A stretch of 64,000 nucleotides of DNA from Microthyrium microscopicum (Eukaryota): positions 3,134,627 through 3,198,626 of the forward strand of contig MU004230.1 of NCBI GenBank assembly GCA_010405405.1. Direction: 5' to 3'. A program made the translations under genes and the position numbers. Below, in pieces: positions 49,236 to 63,473 of this stretch (position 1 is its first letter; each line of letters starts with the position of its first letter). The notes beneath the pieces were generated by a model. It saw only the letters and a program-made list of their open reading frames with translations. It was not told the DNA's origin and searched no databases.

Positions 49236-52071
49236 AGGGTTTAAAAAAGTATAGAGAAAAGAGAATTAAAGTTATTTAGGTATATTATAGTAGTAATAAA
49301 GCTTTTTAAGGTAGTAAAGGTTTAAATAGTAAAGGTAAGAGAGACTTAGAGATCTTAAAGAAGTAAAAGGAGTTAAAGAAGGAAGAATAGATAAATCTTT
49401 TAAAGATATAAGAGGTAAGCTTATTACTTATTAAAAACTATTTTTTAATATTTCTTTATAGGAAGAGAATATTTAAAGTATTAAACTAGTATAATTTAAA
49501 ATTTTAAAAGCTTAACTAATTAAAAAAAATAAAGTAGTAAAGAAGAGTAAGTAATAGTAGAGCTAATTTAAAATAATAAGAGTATTATAATCTAGCGTTA
49601 GAATTAATATATTTTAAGAAGTATTACCTAAGAGACTATACGTATATACTACTTTATATTATTTATATACTTTAACTTTTTCTATATACTCTCTTTTAAT
49701 TAGTAATAATAAACTTTATACTTTTCTTATTAGTCTTAGTTTTAGTTTCTTAGCCTAATTAATACTTATTTAACTTTCTAAAACTTTATTTTCTTAATAT
49801 AGGTACTAAGAAGCTTATAAATTAATTATCTTAAAATCTTTATATAATTAAGAATTATATTTATTATATTAATTTTAATAGCTACGTTATAAAATATAAT
49901 TACTTTAAGAAGAATAATAATACTTATATTAATTATAAAAATAATAAAGAGCGTAAAACTATAGAATATTAAGAAGCTTCTAAAGACTAATATATTATTA
50001 TTTTTATTACTTATATAAGATTCTTTAGATAAAAATAGTATATACTTTTTTATTATTAGATTTTCTTTATTAATTTCTTTTAGTATTAATATTAGTAAAT
50101 TTATAGAATTACTTAGCTAGAAACTTAAGCATACTACTTATTAAATTAAACTATATCTTACTATTATTACTTTGTTAGCTTACTATTAAGAATTAATAAA
50201 AATAAAGTATAAGAAGTCTAAGTAGTATAATATATATATTAATATTAATAAAAGCGTTACTTATAATTATAATATTACTACTAGCTATATTATTTCTAAG
50301 GAGGCTTCTTAAATCGCCTTTAATCTAAAATTTTATTAACTTCTCTATAAGCATAGTTACTAAGAGTATAATTTATAAATTTTATTCTTCTTTTAGGTTA
50401 ACCTTATTTATAAATAGTAAGAAGCTATTTATAATATTTTCCTTATTAGTTACGTTATTAGAGATTTAGCTAATAAGGAAATTAGCTTTATTAAGGACTA
50501 TTACTATTTTTAGATTCTTATTTTTATAAAAACTCTTAATATAAGTTTTTTATGCTTAGTATATATAAATTTAACTAATACTATATAAGAAATACTTTTT
50601 AGATTTTACTAGATTACGTATTATAAAGAATTAGGAGAAGGATTAAGAATTAGTAGACTTTAACTATAGATATTAGCTATTAACTTATACTTAGAAGAAA
50701 CTTTTAAAATTATTTTATAAAGTAATTATAAGATATAATAAAGCTAATACTAAAATTAATACTAATAAATTTCTAGACTTATTATAAATATAATAGTTGC
50801 CTTCTTAATACTAGTCTTATTTTTATTAAGATAGAGTAAAGAGTAATTATAAATTTAATAATTTAGTACCCTAACTTCTAAGAAGAGATACTATTTAATA
50901 AAGCGATTTAAAAGATAAAGGATTAAGAAGTTTAAAAGACTAATAATTTATTTACTCTAAAGCTTTAAAAAAAGGCTTAGAAATTAGTATAAAAGATATT
51001 AGTAAAGTTTAAGAAATTAGTAGTAGAGATTTACTTATATTTAGCTTTAAGTATAAGATTCTTTCTAGTTCCTTTAGTAGATATAAGTTAGTTTATTATA
51101 ACTAATACTTAATTTAGATAGGATAAGAATACTTATTAATTAGTATTAGCTTTAGTTAGAGTTTTAAGAAATAATATTTTTTTAATAAAGTATAATTAAA
51201 TATTAATTAGAAAATAAGATTATAAATATAGTACTATTTAAAGTATTAGAATACTAAAATAAAACTATTTATTCTAATTTATATAAATCTAATTTACTAT
51301 TTTTAACTTTATAATCCTAATATAATAAGTAATTAGGCTCTAATATAAATAGTTATATTTTCTAATTATTTATTATTAGCTTTAATTAAAGATACTAGTT
51401 TTATTTTAAAAGCTAAAACCTTTAATTTATAAGCTATATTATAGATTTATACTACTTTTATTAGTTATAAGTTTTTAACTTATTATTATAAGTTTCTTTT
51501 ATATAGTTAGACTAATAAGATAGAAATATAATAATTTCTTTTATAACTTCTTAAGCTACCTTTCTATTTTGTAAACTCTTCTCTTATATCTTAAATATCT
51601 ATTTATTAAAAGATTACTTTAAGAACGTATTAATATAAATAGCTTAGTCTAAATTTAAGCTCCTAATTATTTAAGAAAAAGAGTATATATAAATAGTATT
51701 AATAGTAAGTAATAATTAAGCCTAAGAAGAATTATTTTATAGATATAATAAAACTTTTATTATAACTTAAATATAGTATTAATAATAAGCTAGTATTAAT
51801 AGAGTTAACTTAATAGCTTAAAAACTTCTAATATAATATAAATAAATATTTCTTTAGAATATAGAATATTAGTAGTTTATTAATTATATATTTTTTTCTT
51901 TATTACTAATATTATTATTTATAAAAAATATTAGTAAAAAAAATAACTTAAATAATAATACTTATTTAATAATACTAGAGATATATAAAGAATAAGAATA
52001 AAAAGTTATAAAATAGGTAGTAAGAGTTTTATAGCTTATTTTTATTAGTAGAAAAAAGNNNNNNNNNNNNN

Positions 52072-52370
52072 AGGAGTATAAGGTTATAAATAGATTAAAA
52101 GAAAAAAATAAAAGAGAGCGTAGTATATAAAAAAGAGTATAAGATTATAAATAAGTTAAAAGAGAAGGATAAAGAAGAGTATAATAAATAAAGAGGAGTA
52201 TAAGGTTATAAATAGATTAGAAGAAAATAATAAAGAAGAGTATAGTATATAAAGAAAAGTATAAAGTTATAAGTAGATTAAAAAAAAGTAATAAAAGAAA
52301 GCGTAATATATAAAAAAGAGTATAAGGTTATAAGTAAGTTAAAAGAAGAGAATAAAGTTATAGGTAAATA
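52072..52370. repeat. 61-bp purine-rich tandem repeat inside the transposon, next to the assembly gap
   Basis: AGGTTATAA-like anchor at 52081, 52142, 52203, 52264 and 52325. Confidence 0.8.
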
Positions 52371-55300
52371 AAAAGAAAGTAATAAAGATAAGTATAGAGA
52401 TTATAAAGGATTTAAAATTAGAAGAGAAATTCTAAGAAGTAAGTAAATAAAGTTAAGAAGAATATAATTACGTTAAAATAATAAGGTAAGCTAAAGTAAT
52501 ATAATAAAGGTTAAAAAGGTATAAATTATATAGTAATTAATTAAAAAGAGTAAATAACTTAATAGGGTAAGCTATAGAATAATTTATAGCTTATAGTAAA
52601 TAAAAATATTTAGAATATTAGTCTTTAACTTAATAGAACTTAGTTTAAACTAATAAGAAAAGGATACTATAATAAATAAACGTTTTAGAAGATAGAAGCT
52701 ATAATAAACTTCTTAGATTCTAATTAATATTTTTATAACTTTTTAAAACTTAGCCTTAATAATAGCTTAATACTAGTATAAAGTTTAGTATACTTTAATT
52801 ATAAAATACTAGTTTTAATAAGTTTTATTACTTCTAACTCTTTATAATAGATTATTTATATATTATTACTAAATATAGCTATATTTTAAGACTATAACTT
52901 TAAACTCTTTAAGTTTATATAACTTTTTAACCTTTATAAGTTTATTTAAGTTATAATACTAACTCTACTCTTTATTTTAAATTTTACTTATTATTATTTT
53001 TTTATCTTCTTTTTTTTACTAAATTTTTAATAGTATTTATATTTATCTTACTACTTTTTTAAGTAGTAAATCTTAAGAATAAATTATAGTAGAAGTTATT
53101 TTACTATATTAAGCAAATTCTTATTATTATAATTACGTACTCTTATATAATAAACTTTAAAGAATTTATTATAAATATTTTTAGTTAGCATAAATAGTAT
53201 AAACTTAAATTACTATAATAATAATAATGCTACTTATGCCTTCTACTATTAATATTTATACTTATTTATTCTTTAAAATTATAGTTCTAAAACTTTTTAT
53301 ATAAAAGCGTTATATAATCTATAAGTAGCTAATTATTATTTTTTAGTAGGTACTTTAGTAGTAATATTTTTTAAATAGCTACTAATAATAGTTATAATTT
53401 TTTTTAGTAGTATAACCTTTATAACTAAAGATAATTAAGATAAGGAGTACCTTAATTACTTATCCTTAGCTTTATAATTATTTTTAAACTAAAATATTCT
53501 TTATTATTTAATTATTATTTAGATATAAAGATATAAGTAGGTTAATTTAGATAGTATTTTTTATTATTATAATAAGGAAAATATAATAGAGATTAATTAG
53601 TATATTATCTTTTTAAATTAAGTATAGAAATTAATAGGCTATTAAGATATTCTTACTTTAAGGTTTAAATATTATATTAAGTAGTATAATAAAGTTAATT
53701 ATAGAAATAATTTTTAAATTTAGCGTATTTTATATAGTATATTATAATTACTTAGATAGAATTAGTATTACTTTTTAGTAAATATACTAGTTAAGAAAGA
53801 TAAGATAGCTAACTACTAGTAATAATTAGACTAAGTATAGATTATATAAAGGAATAACTTTATAGATCTCTAGTTTATAGAATTACTTTTAAAGAAAGAA
53901 GACTAGGCTAAGTAGTTTTAAGAAGGGCTAAAAAATATAATAGATTAAGAAAGAGTTTAATAGCGTAGTAATATAAGAGATTAAGAGGAGAAATATATTA
54001 CGTTAGTTACTTTCTAAATTATTAGATTAGTTAAATTAGCATAATTAAGAAGTAGATAATTAAAATATAAAATATAATTAATTAATATTAAAAGAGGAAG
54101 AAGAATAAATAAAAGTTTCTATAAATAGTATTATAAGATAATATAAATAGTACTAGATTTCTAATTAATATTTTTTTAACTTATTAATTTTATTCTTTTA
54201 GAACTTTAGGTTTTTTTAATAAAGTTAATGCTATTCTAAATTATATCTTCTTTTACTTCTACCTTTAATTTCTTTATATTTAGAGCTAGCTTAATAACTT
54301 CCTTCTTATTATTATAATCTATTATTTAAAATAGGGGCATTATTACTAATAGTACTATCTTAAACTCTCTTATTAGCATATTGCCTTTTAGTTTATTAGT
54401 ATTTACTCTTCTTATTTTTAGTATAATACTTAGGGTATTAAAGAAATCTAGTAATTAAGGAAAGAAGGCATATTTATAAAGTAAAAATATTAATAACTAT
54501 TTTTAGACTTAGTAGTAAATTATATCTTAGTTTATTATTAATTAAGAAAGGCTAATTCCTATATAAATAAATTTTTATTAATATAGTAGGAAAAAAAGCC
54601 CTATTTAGGATAGTATATAAGTAGGCGCTTTTAAGTCTATTAGCTAGCTTTATTATTATTATATTTATTATTATAAGTTTCTTAAATACTATTACCTTTA
54701 TAAAGACAATACTAGTATCTTCCTTATTAAATAAGGATTATTTAATAAGTATATTACTTTTTAGGATTATAATAATATTACTATAGTTAAAAGTAATAAA
54801 GATTAGATTATACTTAATTAAATAAAATTAATTATAACTTTAGTATATTTAATTCTTACTACGCTATATTATTATTAATTATAATATTTATAAATATATA
54901 ATATAAAGCTTAAGGCTACTTATAGTTTTAATAAATATAAGATTATACTATAAGATTTTTTTACTTTATAGGTATATTTAATTATAACTAAGAATCTTTT
55001 TTTTAGTATATTTAAATTATAATTTATATAGTAAGTTATTAACTATTATATACTACTAGGTATTTAATCTTAATTTACTTTATAGAAAACTATTACTTTA
55101 GAAGTTATAAAATAAATCGTAATTAATTTTGTAAAGTTAAGAGAGGAGTTTATTTAGTTAAGTAACGATATATATATTAATATTTAGCTAGATAAGTAGT
55201 CTTTAAATTTTATTTATAAAGGGTACTTAATTATTATTAAATAATAGATTACTTTATAGTAAGAATAAAAAGAGAGGCTTCTTAGCTTTCTTTTTATTAT

Positions 55301-57856
55301 TAGAAAGTTTATAGGTAAGGCTTACGTTAAACTTATAGGTAATATATTTAATTAATATAGTATTATTAAGAAGGTTTACTCTATTATAGTTAATAACGCT
55401 AGTAATAATAAGATAATAATACTTATATTAAATATATATTAATACTTTAAGCATATTATAAGTATTATTTAAGTTCTTTATATATCTTATATTATTTAAC
55501 TAGTATAAGACGCTTTATTTTCCTATCTTAGCTATAAGTCTATAAATAAAGAAATTAAATAAGTATTTATTAAAGAAGATATTTTAAAAGAAAGGAAACT
55601 TATTATAAAATATAGCTTAGTTACTCTTACTTTATATAAAGTAAGTTAGTTCTTATTTTTAGTAAGTTAAAAAAGTATTAATTAGAATAGCTAATATAGT
55701 CTAGGCTTATAGTATTATTAAGTATATTAGCTCTTCTAAATTATATCTTCTTAGATTCTTTACTTACTTAGCTAGTTTTTATTTTAATAAATCCTAAATA
55801 TCTAATTTATACTCTATTAATAAATATTAGAATAATCTTAATCTTTATAGTAATCTTTAGCTAATTTAAGATATTAAAATACGTTAGGACTTAATAATAA
55901 TAATAGGACTTTACTTTTAAATTATTAAGATACTCTTTATATACTTTTTTATTATTAAAGCTTATAAAGCTAAAAAAAAGAAGGATTAGTAATAGGTAAG
56001 AATTCTTATACTATTTAATATAAAATAAGCTAATATTAAGTATTTAGTTTAACTTACTACTTTATTTAATACTATAACCTAGATTCTTAGTAGATTTAAG
56101 GCTTTATCTATTTATAAAGTCTTCTTATATTTCTAAAAGCTCTTTTAATATATTAATAATAAGGAGGCTATTCTAAGTAAATATATACTAGTAGGTACTT
56201 AATTATATTAGTAAAGTAAACTTTAGTTTAGTCTAAAAGAAGTTTAAGGAAAACTATAAGTATACTTTAACCTAATATAAACTAATATCTAACTATAGCG
56301 TATTTATACTTTTAATTAATTATTATTACCTTATATAGCTAAGTTTGCCTTTACTAACCTTTAGTAAAAAAATTACCTTAATTTAAATAGTTTATCTTAG
56401 CGTAACGTAATAATTAAAGACTTTTACGAAGTTTAGCTTAAAAAGTATAGTAATTTAAATACTTAATTTAATAATATAGAACTAATTATAGATAATAATA
56501 ATATTATAGTAGATAATAGCCTAACTAGCTTATCTTTATTTAATAAGTTTATATAATACTTTAAAAGTAGTATATCTTTATTATTATATTATTTATAATT
56601 TACTAATATAATAATAGTATTTATAAAGAATAATAATTTTCTTTTTATATAGAAAGAAAATAATAATCTAGACCTCTATTTAATAATAGCTTATATAGTA
56701 CGTAATTATCTTTATATATTAGCTACTAAAGTTAAAGTAGAATATATTTTCTTTATTATTTATAACTAATCTAAATATAATTATTTTTACTTTCTTTAGA
56801 TATTTTGTAACCTTATATTATTATAAGATATATTTTACTAATATAATAATAATAAGTTTGTTAAATTAATAGCTAATATTTTAGACTATTAAGATAGTTC
56901 TAATAAGATTAAAGTAGAGGTTAGTATATATAAAAAATATATTAATATAATTATAAAATAACTTATAAATATTTTACTTAATTATATTCGTTTTAGTAAT
57001 TCTAATACTATATACTATTAAATATTTAATTATATAATTTATTATAAAGATTTAGATAGGTTGCTTATTATTTCTAATAGAGAAGATAATTTAAATAATT
57101 TAAGTAAGGATAATAATATTTTAGATAAGGATATAGATAAGGCTAGTAAAGATAGTTTTAATAATAAAAATAATACTAGTTTTGAATTTACTAAAAGAAA
57201 AGAAAACCTTAAGGATATTAGTGCTAGTAGATCTATAGGCTTAGAGACTTTTTTTAGATTCTATAGTATAGATTTAGATAGTAGTAAGAATAGTAATAAA
57301 GTAGAGGATAGTAATATTTAAGACTCTTTTTATAGATAATTACTAAAAAATATTAGTAGACTTCTACTTATAGTAGTTATTAGCAAAAGAATTCGTAAAC
57401 TAATATTTAAGTCTACCTTTTAGTAGGAATTAGAGAATAAGCAAAAGTAACTACTAATAAGTATAGTTTTTAATAAGATTAATAAGAAGAAGAAGGTTTA
57501 AACTAGTTATTAAGATTTTAGTAGTAGTAGTTAGTTAATACGTAGTTTAATTTATATACTATACTAAATATTTTAATTAATACTTTTCTAACTCTCTAAT
57601 TTATATACTAGATTATTTTTGCTTACTTAGCTTTTATTAACTATATTAGGTATAATAACCTTTCTTTTATAACCTAAATAGGTTATATACTAAATAAACC
57701 TTACTTAATAAGTCTCTAATTTAGGTCCTTTAGGTTCCTTAGGTCTAACTTATAATAATTTTATCTTACTTAGGTTAGGTATAGGTTTTATAAAATATTT
57801 TTAAAACCTAACCTAACGCTAAGAACTTATATATATTAGGTCAACCCTAATAGGTT

Positions 57857-57878
57857 ACCTAACCCATGCCCTAGCATA
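57857..57878 (-). repeat. Right terminal inverted repeat
   Basis: ACCTAACCCATGCCCTAGCATA followed by the TSD GTCACATT. Confidence 0.95.
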
Positions 57879-58099
57879 GTCACATTGTATGTTTTCATAA
57901 GCTTAGGAGTTAAGAAGAGGGCCGAACGATGACCGGTTATGCCGCTGACATATCCACAGCTTCCAGAAGTCGCCGCGCTTGCTTGGTACCTGCATATTGT
58001 CCGGGCATTGGAGCAATTATTATTGATCAATTGAATCTTCTGATGCGTCAATCATCTGAGGAGAGCATGTTGATTACATAGCTTGATCCATTGAGGTCG

Positions 58100-58109
58100 A
58101 TGGCGCCAT
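58100..58109. promoter_or_regulatory. CYS-3/MetR (sulfur regulon bZIP) binding site ATGGCGCCAT
   Basis: Perfect match to the ATGRYRYCAT consensus about 570 bp upstream of cystathionine gamma-lyase. A second near-match, ATTGCGCCAT, lies at 58443-58452. Confidence 0.65.
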
Positions 58110-58671
58110 TTCCAACCACACCGCAAGTCAACATATAAATTCAATATCAATTGACCGGCACTGCCTCTGAAAAACAATTTCATACATTCTCCCCAGATTC
58201 CAAATTCTCCTTGTCTAAACTCTCAATTGTTGAAATCTTAGCAAGTTGAACCCCGCAAACGCCACTTACAACGACAACTGATTGTGTACATTCCCCATTC
58301 CTAGAACCAAGCACTTTATCACATTGCTAGCAACCTTTGTGATAGCTCTGGAACTCTAGCTGGACCAGGCCCGTCAATAACAAATTTCCGACCATTCCGA
58401 TCCGCGCAAGTGGTTTGAAGCTCGCCCTAGAGTCCTAGACAAATTGCGCCATACTGGTGGATAACCGCGAAGCCATCAACACCATCTCCAGCCTTGTTCT
58501 GACTCCTACGATACTTCAACCCTTGAAATCTTCAATTTTGACCTCTCAATAAACATATCTTCGCCCACGGTCACAGCATTCCTATCTCTGTGTTATTTCT
58601 ATCAAGTCAGCGTCGACTGCAGCTGCAACTCACGAAAACAACGAGGGGCATATCCGGCCTTCTCCGCAAGC

Positions 58672-60025
58672 ATGACGCTCCCTATTACCGACCATCCAAT
58701 TGATACTCCTCCACGACCTGCTTCCCCGGTTCATCAGTTCGGCACTCTTGCTGTTCATGCCGGTTCTCCACATGATCCTGTTACTGGAGCTGTAATTGAA
58801 TCTGTGCGTTTTCTCCTTGTAACGAGAAAACTAAGCTAACAGCTACTAGATATCATTATCAACCACATATGCACAATCCGCCGTTGGAAAGCCCATAGGC
58901 GATTACGAATACACACGATCTGCAAACCCAAATCGGTTTGTCTTTCTCACCCCGTCACGATAGCCTCATACTAATTGAAATAGTGACAACTTTGAAAAGG
59001 CCATTGCCGCCCTCGAACATGGCCGCTACGCCCTTGCCTTCTCCTCCGGCTCCGCAACAACCGCCATAATCCTCCAATCCCTCGCCGCTGGCTCCCACGT
59101 CATCTCTATCAGCGATGTCTACGGAGGCACGCACCGCTACTTCACCCAAGTCGCCTCCGCGCACGGCGTCCAAGTAACATTCTCCCCCAACATTGAAGTC
59201 GAAGTCACCGAGCTTATCCGCCCGGAAACCCGCCTCATTTGGATCGAATCGCCCTCCAACCCCACCCTCTCCGTAACCGACATCCGCGCCGTCGTAACAG
59301 CCGCCCACACCCACGGCATCAAAGTCGTCGTCGACAACACCTTCCTATCCCCAGCGATCCAAAACCCCCTCGATCTCGGCGCAGATATTGTAGTCCACAG
59401 CGTGACGAAATACATCAATGGCCATTCTGACGTCCTCATGGGCGCAGCAGCCCTGAACTCCACCGAAATCTACGAACGTCTACGCTTCCTGCAAAATGCC
59501 ATTGGCGCCGTCCCCTCGCCCTTTGACTGCTGGCTAGCCCACCGTGGTCTCAAAACCCTGCACTTGCGCGCCCGCGAAGCCTCGTCCAACGCGCTACGTA
59601 TCGCAAACACCCTCGAAGCTTCCGACCTTGTCATATCCGTCAACTACCCCGGTCTCAAATCGCACCCGCAACACATGACCGCGCTCAAACAGCAGCGACC
59701 TAACAAGGACGGCGTGATGATGGGTGGCGGCATGCTGTCTTTCCGCATAAAAGGGGGTCAGCGCGCAGCCGAAGCCTTCTGTGCGCATACACGCATCTTC
59801 ACGCTGGCGGAGAGTTTGGGTGGTGTGGAGAGTCTCGTAGAGTTGCCGAGTGGGATGACGCACGCAGGTATCCCTAGAGACCAGCGGGAGGCGGCGGGCG
59901 TGTATGATGACTTGGTGCGTGTAAGCTGCGGAATTGAGGATGGTGTGGATCTGGAGCGAGACGTATTGCAGGCTTTGCGAAAGGCGGTAGTATCGGGCAA
60001 GTTGAACGGCAATGGCGCCGCCTAA
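58672..60025 (+). CDS. CYS3: Cystathionine gamma-lyase
   Basis: FGTLAVHAG..DPVTGAVI, YEYTRSANPNR, WIESPSNP, PLP-lysine motif HSVTKYINGHSDV, LAESLGGVESL. Introns 58804-58849 and 58936-58983. The symbol follows yeast nomenclature. Confidence 0.95.
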
Positions 60026-60478
60026 GGGACATGCATGTGTTGGTTACGACTCTTACGAATGACTTGCGATTTTGATGTGTTCGCATTTGATGGTGTTTGC
60101 TCGTCAGGCCGGGTAGGCAGGCAAATCTTTGGATATTTACAACTGCTAGATCCCAATGGCGCGAAAACCACACAGGTAGAAATAGCATGAATAGATTCTT
60201 TTCTAATGAATAGCATCTTTAACGATGACTTGTGATTGAAGCTTTTGTGCGATATTGGCGTTGCGCCGAAATGTCTATGTAATCTAGTAGTACTGGAACG
60301 AAGAATGCGAATGCTATTGGGAAACTCAACAGCTCCTGAGCTTTTTCAAATAGGTGTCAACGCCATCCATATCACTCCATGTCATGCCGTCTGCCCCTCT
60401 GGCCGCAAATTGTCCATGTACGAGTCGCCACTGCTCCAACGGCAGCAACGGATCTTCCCATTGTTCTGGACTTTTTCC

Positions 60479-61704
60479 TTAAGTGCCGAAACGCTTCTGG
60501 GCCGACGCATAGTTGTTGAGTGCTTGCGTAAAGACTGAATACGACACGCCTTCGGTATAATCAGGTAGATGGCTAATTCATTGAGTTAGCGCTTTCGCTC
60601 TGTTAACTTCGTTGAGTCAATTGCAACTTACAATATCTCTGTCAGCCGCACCTGCCATGGCGGATACCCATCCAACACCACTCTTGGTCCGAACAGAATT
60701 AGTAATTCTGGCTCATCCATGACCAGCTCCGTCAGCTCGGCGTCAATAAGATCAGCATTAATGTCGACTGGTGCTAGATTCCCCTTTTGCGCCATGCCGG
60801 CTAGAACTTTGGCTAGATCGACCATGCTTGAACGGCCATCGTCTGCACTGAGCAGCAACACTGTGATGGTGAAAGGGCTGTGGGCGTTGGGCTGGTTGGG
60901 CGGCGTGGTAGGCGGGGAATAGGCGGGCTCGCTGGAAACGCGGATGGAGAGATGGGGTGTGTTTTCACGGGCGAAGTAGCGGTGGAGAGTTTGGCTTATG
61001 GCGATGTGTAATTCGGGGACGGTGCGCTTGAGGACGCCTAGAAGAAAATGTTTAGCCTGCGTTCATACATGGAGGTTCAGAGAGGAGGAAATACCTGTCT
61101 TTTCGTATACGCTTAGAAATGAGATGCCGCTGGCTGCACACCACGATGTAAGATCCCCAACGTCGTTGACTAGAGTCGCCATTGCTGCTTGGCGGTCGTC
61201 TTGTGTATTAAGTTCGAGTGCGACGCTGAGATGTTGCGGCATTTTGCTGATGTTCTTCATGTCTTTGCGGATTAATTCTGGTGTACGATGGTGGTAGTTG
61301 AATACTGCGGACCAACGATGTTTGACAGCTCTGATGCTTTTCCTTATGCGAATGTGTATGCCAAAGAAGATGTGAATGATGGTGTGGAAGGCCATGTACA
61401 GCCAATGCCGCAGAGTCGTTCTTATGGGCTTCTTACGCTCCTTGCGTTTGCTCTCGGCCCTTTGATGTATCCTTTCTTGAAGCATGACTGTTGATTTACT
61501 GTTTTGATTCTGCGAAGGTGGCATTTGAGTTCGTCGACGCGATGCAGCGCGTGATGGATATGGCGAGGGAGTCTTTGACGAATCGTTGGAGGGTGGTTCG
61601 GGTAATAGGGGCTTCATGATGCTTTCGCGTTCGCGTGCGGAAAGTTCATGGCCCTCGAGACTGCTGTTGTCGTAGAAGGCGGCTGTTTGGCGAGCGGAAA
61701 GCAT
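60479..61704 (-). CDS. NUS1: Dehydrodolichyl diphosphate synthase complex subunit Nus1
   Basis: YHHRTPELIRKD..KMPQHLSV, WCAASGISFLSVYEKTG, LLSADDGR, EPELLILFGP..LDGYPPWQVRLTEIF, and the C-terminal RFGT (RxG motif). Introns 61094-61038 and 60631-60573. Confidence 0.93.
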
Positions 61705-62217
61705 GGCGGCGGTTTCTTTGCTTTTGTGGTACCTGCGTCTGTTTGGCTATAACGGCCTGTGGTACAGCGGGGAGAAAGGAGCACAAGAGCGATACGAAGG
61801 TGGTATCAATTTTGGAGGATAGCTGGCATGATCAAGATGAAGTTGCACGTAAACAAAGTGGATCTAGGATGATGTCGATAGACATGGAGCCCTGAAGAGA
61901 TGAATAGGTCGATGGCCATATGCAAAATACGAGTAATAGTTGGAGACGATTGGTCGGTTCAAGCCGGAGCCCAGCCTTATGGCTGACTAAGACCATTTTC
62001 CTACTTCACCCCTTTTCCTGCTCGGTTTTGGTACTTGTACACAACATAAAGCTACACAATGTTTAAATATTCTATTTACGTCTACCAACCATCCGAATCC
62101 ACAGGGCTCGATTCACCCGTGAGCATTTGGCTCTACTCGTACTGTACCACAGCACGTACCTGATCGAGTTTTGTAACCAACCGCCACAAGCTCTCGTCCG
62201 AAGCGTCTTTTCGCGCT

Positions 62218-63473
62218 TTATAGAGGATTCCGCGGATAGTATCTCTCTTCGTCGAAGGTTGTTTCCGTTTCCCATCCTAAAGCTCTTGCTTGTGCCAACA
62301 GATTGTCCCGCTTCTGGATGTGATGCCTGAAACTCCCAGGGAGCCAGAGCTGCGGCAAAAAGACAACACCGGCTAGGTGAGTAAGCTTGATTTGCATCGT
62401 ATGGCGAGTCTGATCTGACTGGTTCTTTATCTGGAGTCCATGTAATAGGCCCCAAATATCGGTATGATCAAGCCTATCCTTCAGCCAGTAGCTAACCTTG
62501 AGCTTCTGCGCTCGTCGAAATTTCCACATTTCGTTCTTCTTGATCACTAATTGCTTCATCAGTGGGTCATTGTTGTCGTAAACAAGCTCGAGGCTTGTCA
62601 GATTAACAAATCTGTTCAGCCAGATAGAGCACTCAAGAAAGGCACGCGGCTCAGAATCTAATTCAGGGTAGCTTGACAGGTGAACTAGATGTCCTTTGAG
62701 TCTCTGGTCCTGGCCCAACAGGTGCTTGTATCCCATATGCTGGTAAAGCTCGCCCACAGATATACGGCGCAAGCTTATTGGACCTTCTTTGACACTGAAA
62801 AGCACGCCGCGGACGATCCATGGTGCAGATACGACCAGTTTGCGAATATGTCGGTAGTTGGTAGGCCCAATCTTCGCGAGGAAACAATACAGCGCAATCC
62901 AGCCACAAGGTGTGACGAAGTTGAAGGTACTGTAACCATAAAACAATGGCACGGCTTCTTCATGGACAGTGCGGCAGGTGCGTAGAAAGCGTAAGATCGG
63001 AATGATTTGCTTCCTAAACTTGCTATGTGCCGTGTTTGTAGCCCACGGACGAACCTTACGACCATTGCCCAGATCGATTGAACCTAGCACGATGGGATCC
63101 GAGAAAACGAGAAGTTGCTCATAAATCAGCATTCTCACGTCGGAATTCAGATCCAGAAAAGCAATCTTGCCAGTGTGTTGAGGCTACAACGAGCTGATCA
63201 GCCTGATGTAGCTTGACGGAAAGACAACTGGCAGGGGCAGGAACTAACCATTCCGATAGTTGCAAGTTGCTCTTCAAAGAGTGCTGGCCATTTTGCATAG
63301 CGTCTTCGAATCGCTCGTTGCTGTGCTAGAAGTTCTGCACAAGGATCTTGTTTTATTGTCGTGGCGACCTGGCGCATCGGGGCGATTTTCTTTGGACTTG
63401 TTCTGTGTTCGAGATCGCCCGACTTCACTGGACTTGGGGGAATCCATGGGGGTCTGCTTCTCGTCTCAGACAT
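62218..63473 (-). CDS. Fungal F-box-like protein (FLDL..VR.LIY / LRTCR.VHEEA..LFY type)
   Basis: Intron 63248-63184 (phase 0) joins ORF 63473 to AFLDLNSDVRMLIYEQLLV...FLRTCRTVHEEAVPLFYGYSTFNF, the pattern of an expanded Pezizomycotina F-box-like family. Confidence 0.7.

Larger units (their letters stand above)
48048..57878. mobile_element. RIP-degenerated TIR DNA transposon, hAT-like, 9831 bp (possibly composite or cargo-carrying)
   Basis: 22-bp perfect TIRs and an 8-bp TSD GTCACATT on both sides (48040-48047 and 57879-57886). The interior is extremely AT-rich with TpA excess and CpA/TpG almost absent, and has no long ORF. A 13-N assembly gap lies at 52059-52071. Confidence 0.9.

Noticed and set aside
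57061..57321. 86-aa ORF within the AT-rich block
   Set aside because: Asn/Lys/Ile-rich composition is what RIP produces from an acidic coding region. It is a relic, not a functional gene.
48048..57878. AT-rich block as centromere, mitochondrial insertion (NUMT) or contamination
   Set aside because: TIRs, TSD and the specific CpA/TpG depletion point to a RIP-mutated transposon. No mitochondrial gene motifs were seen.
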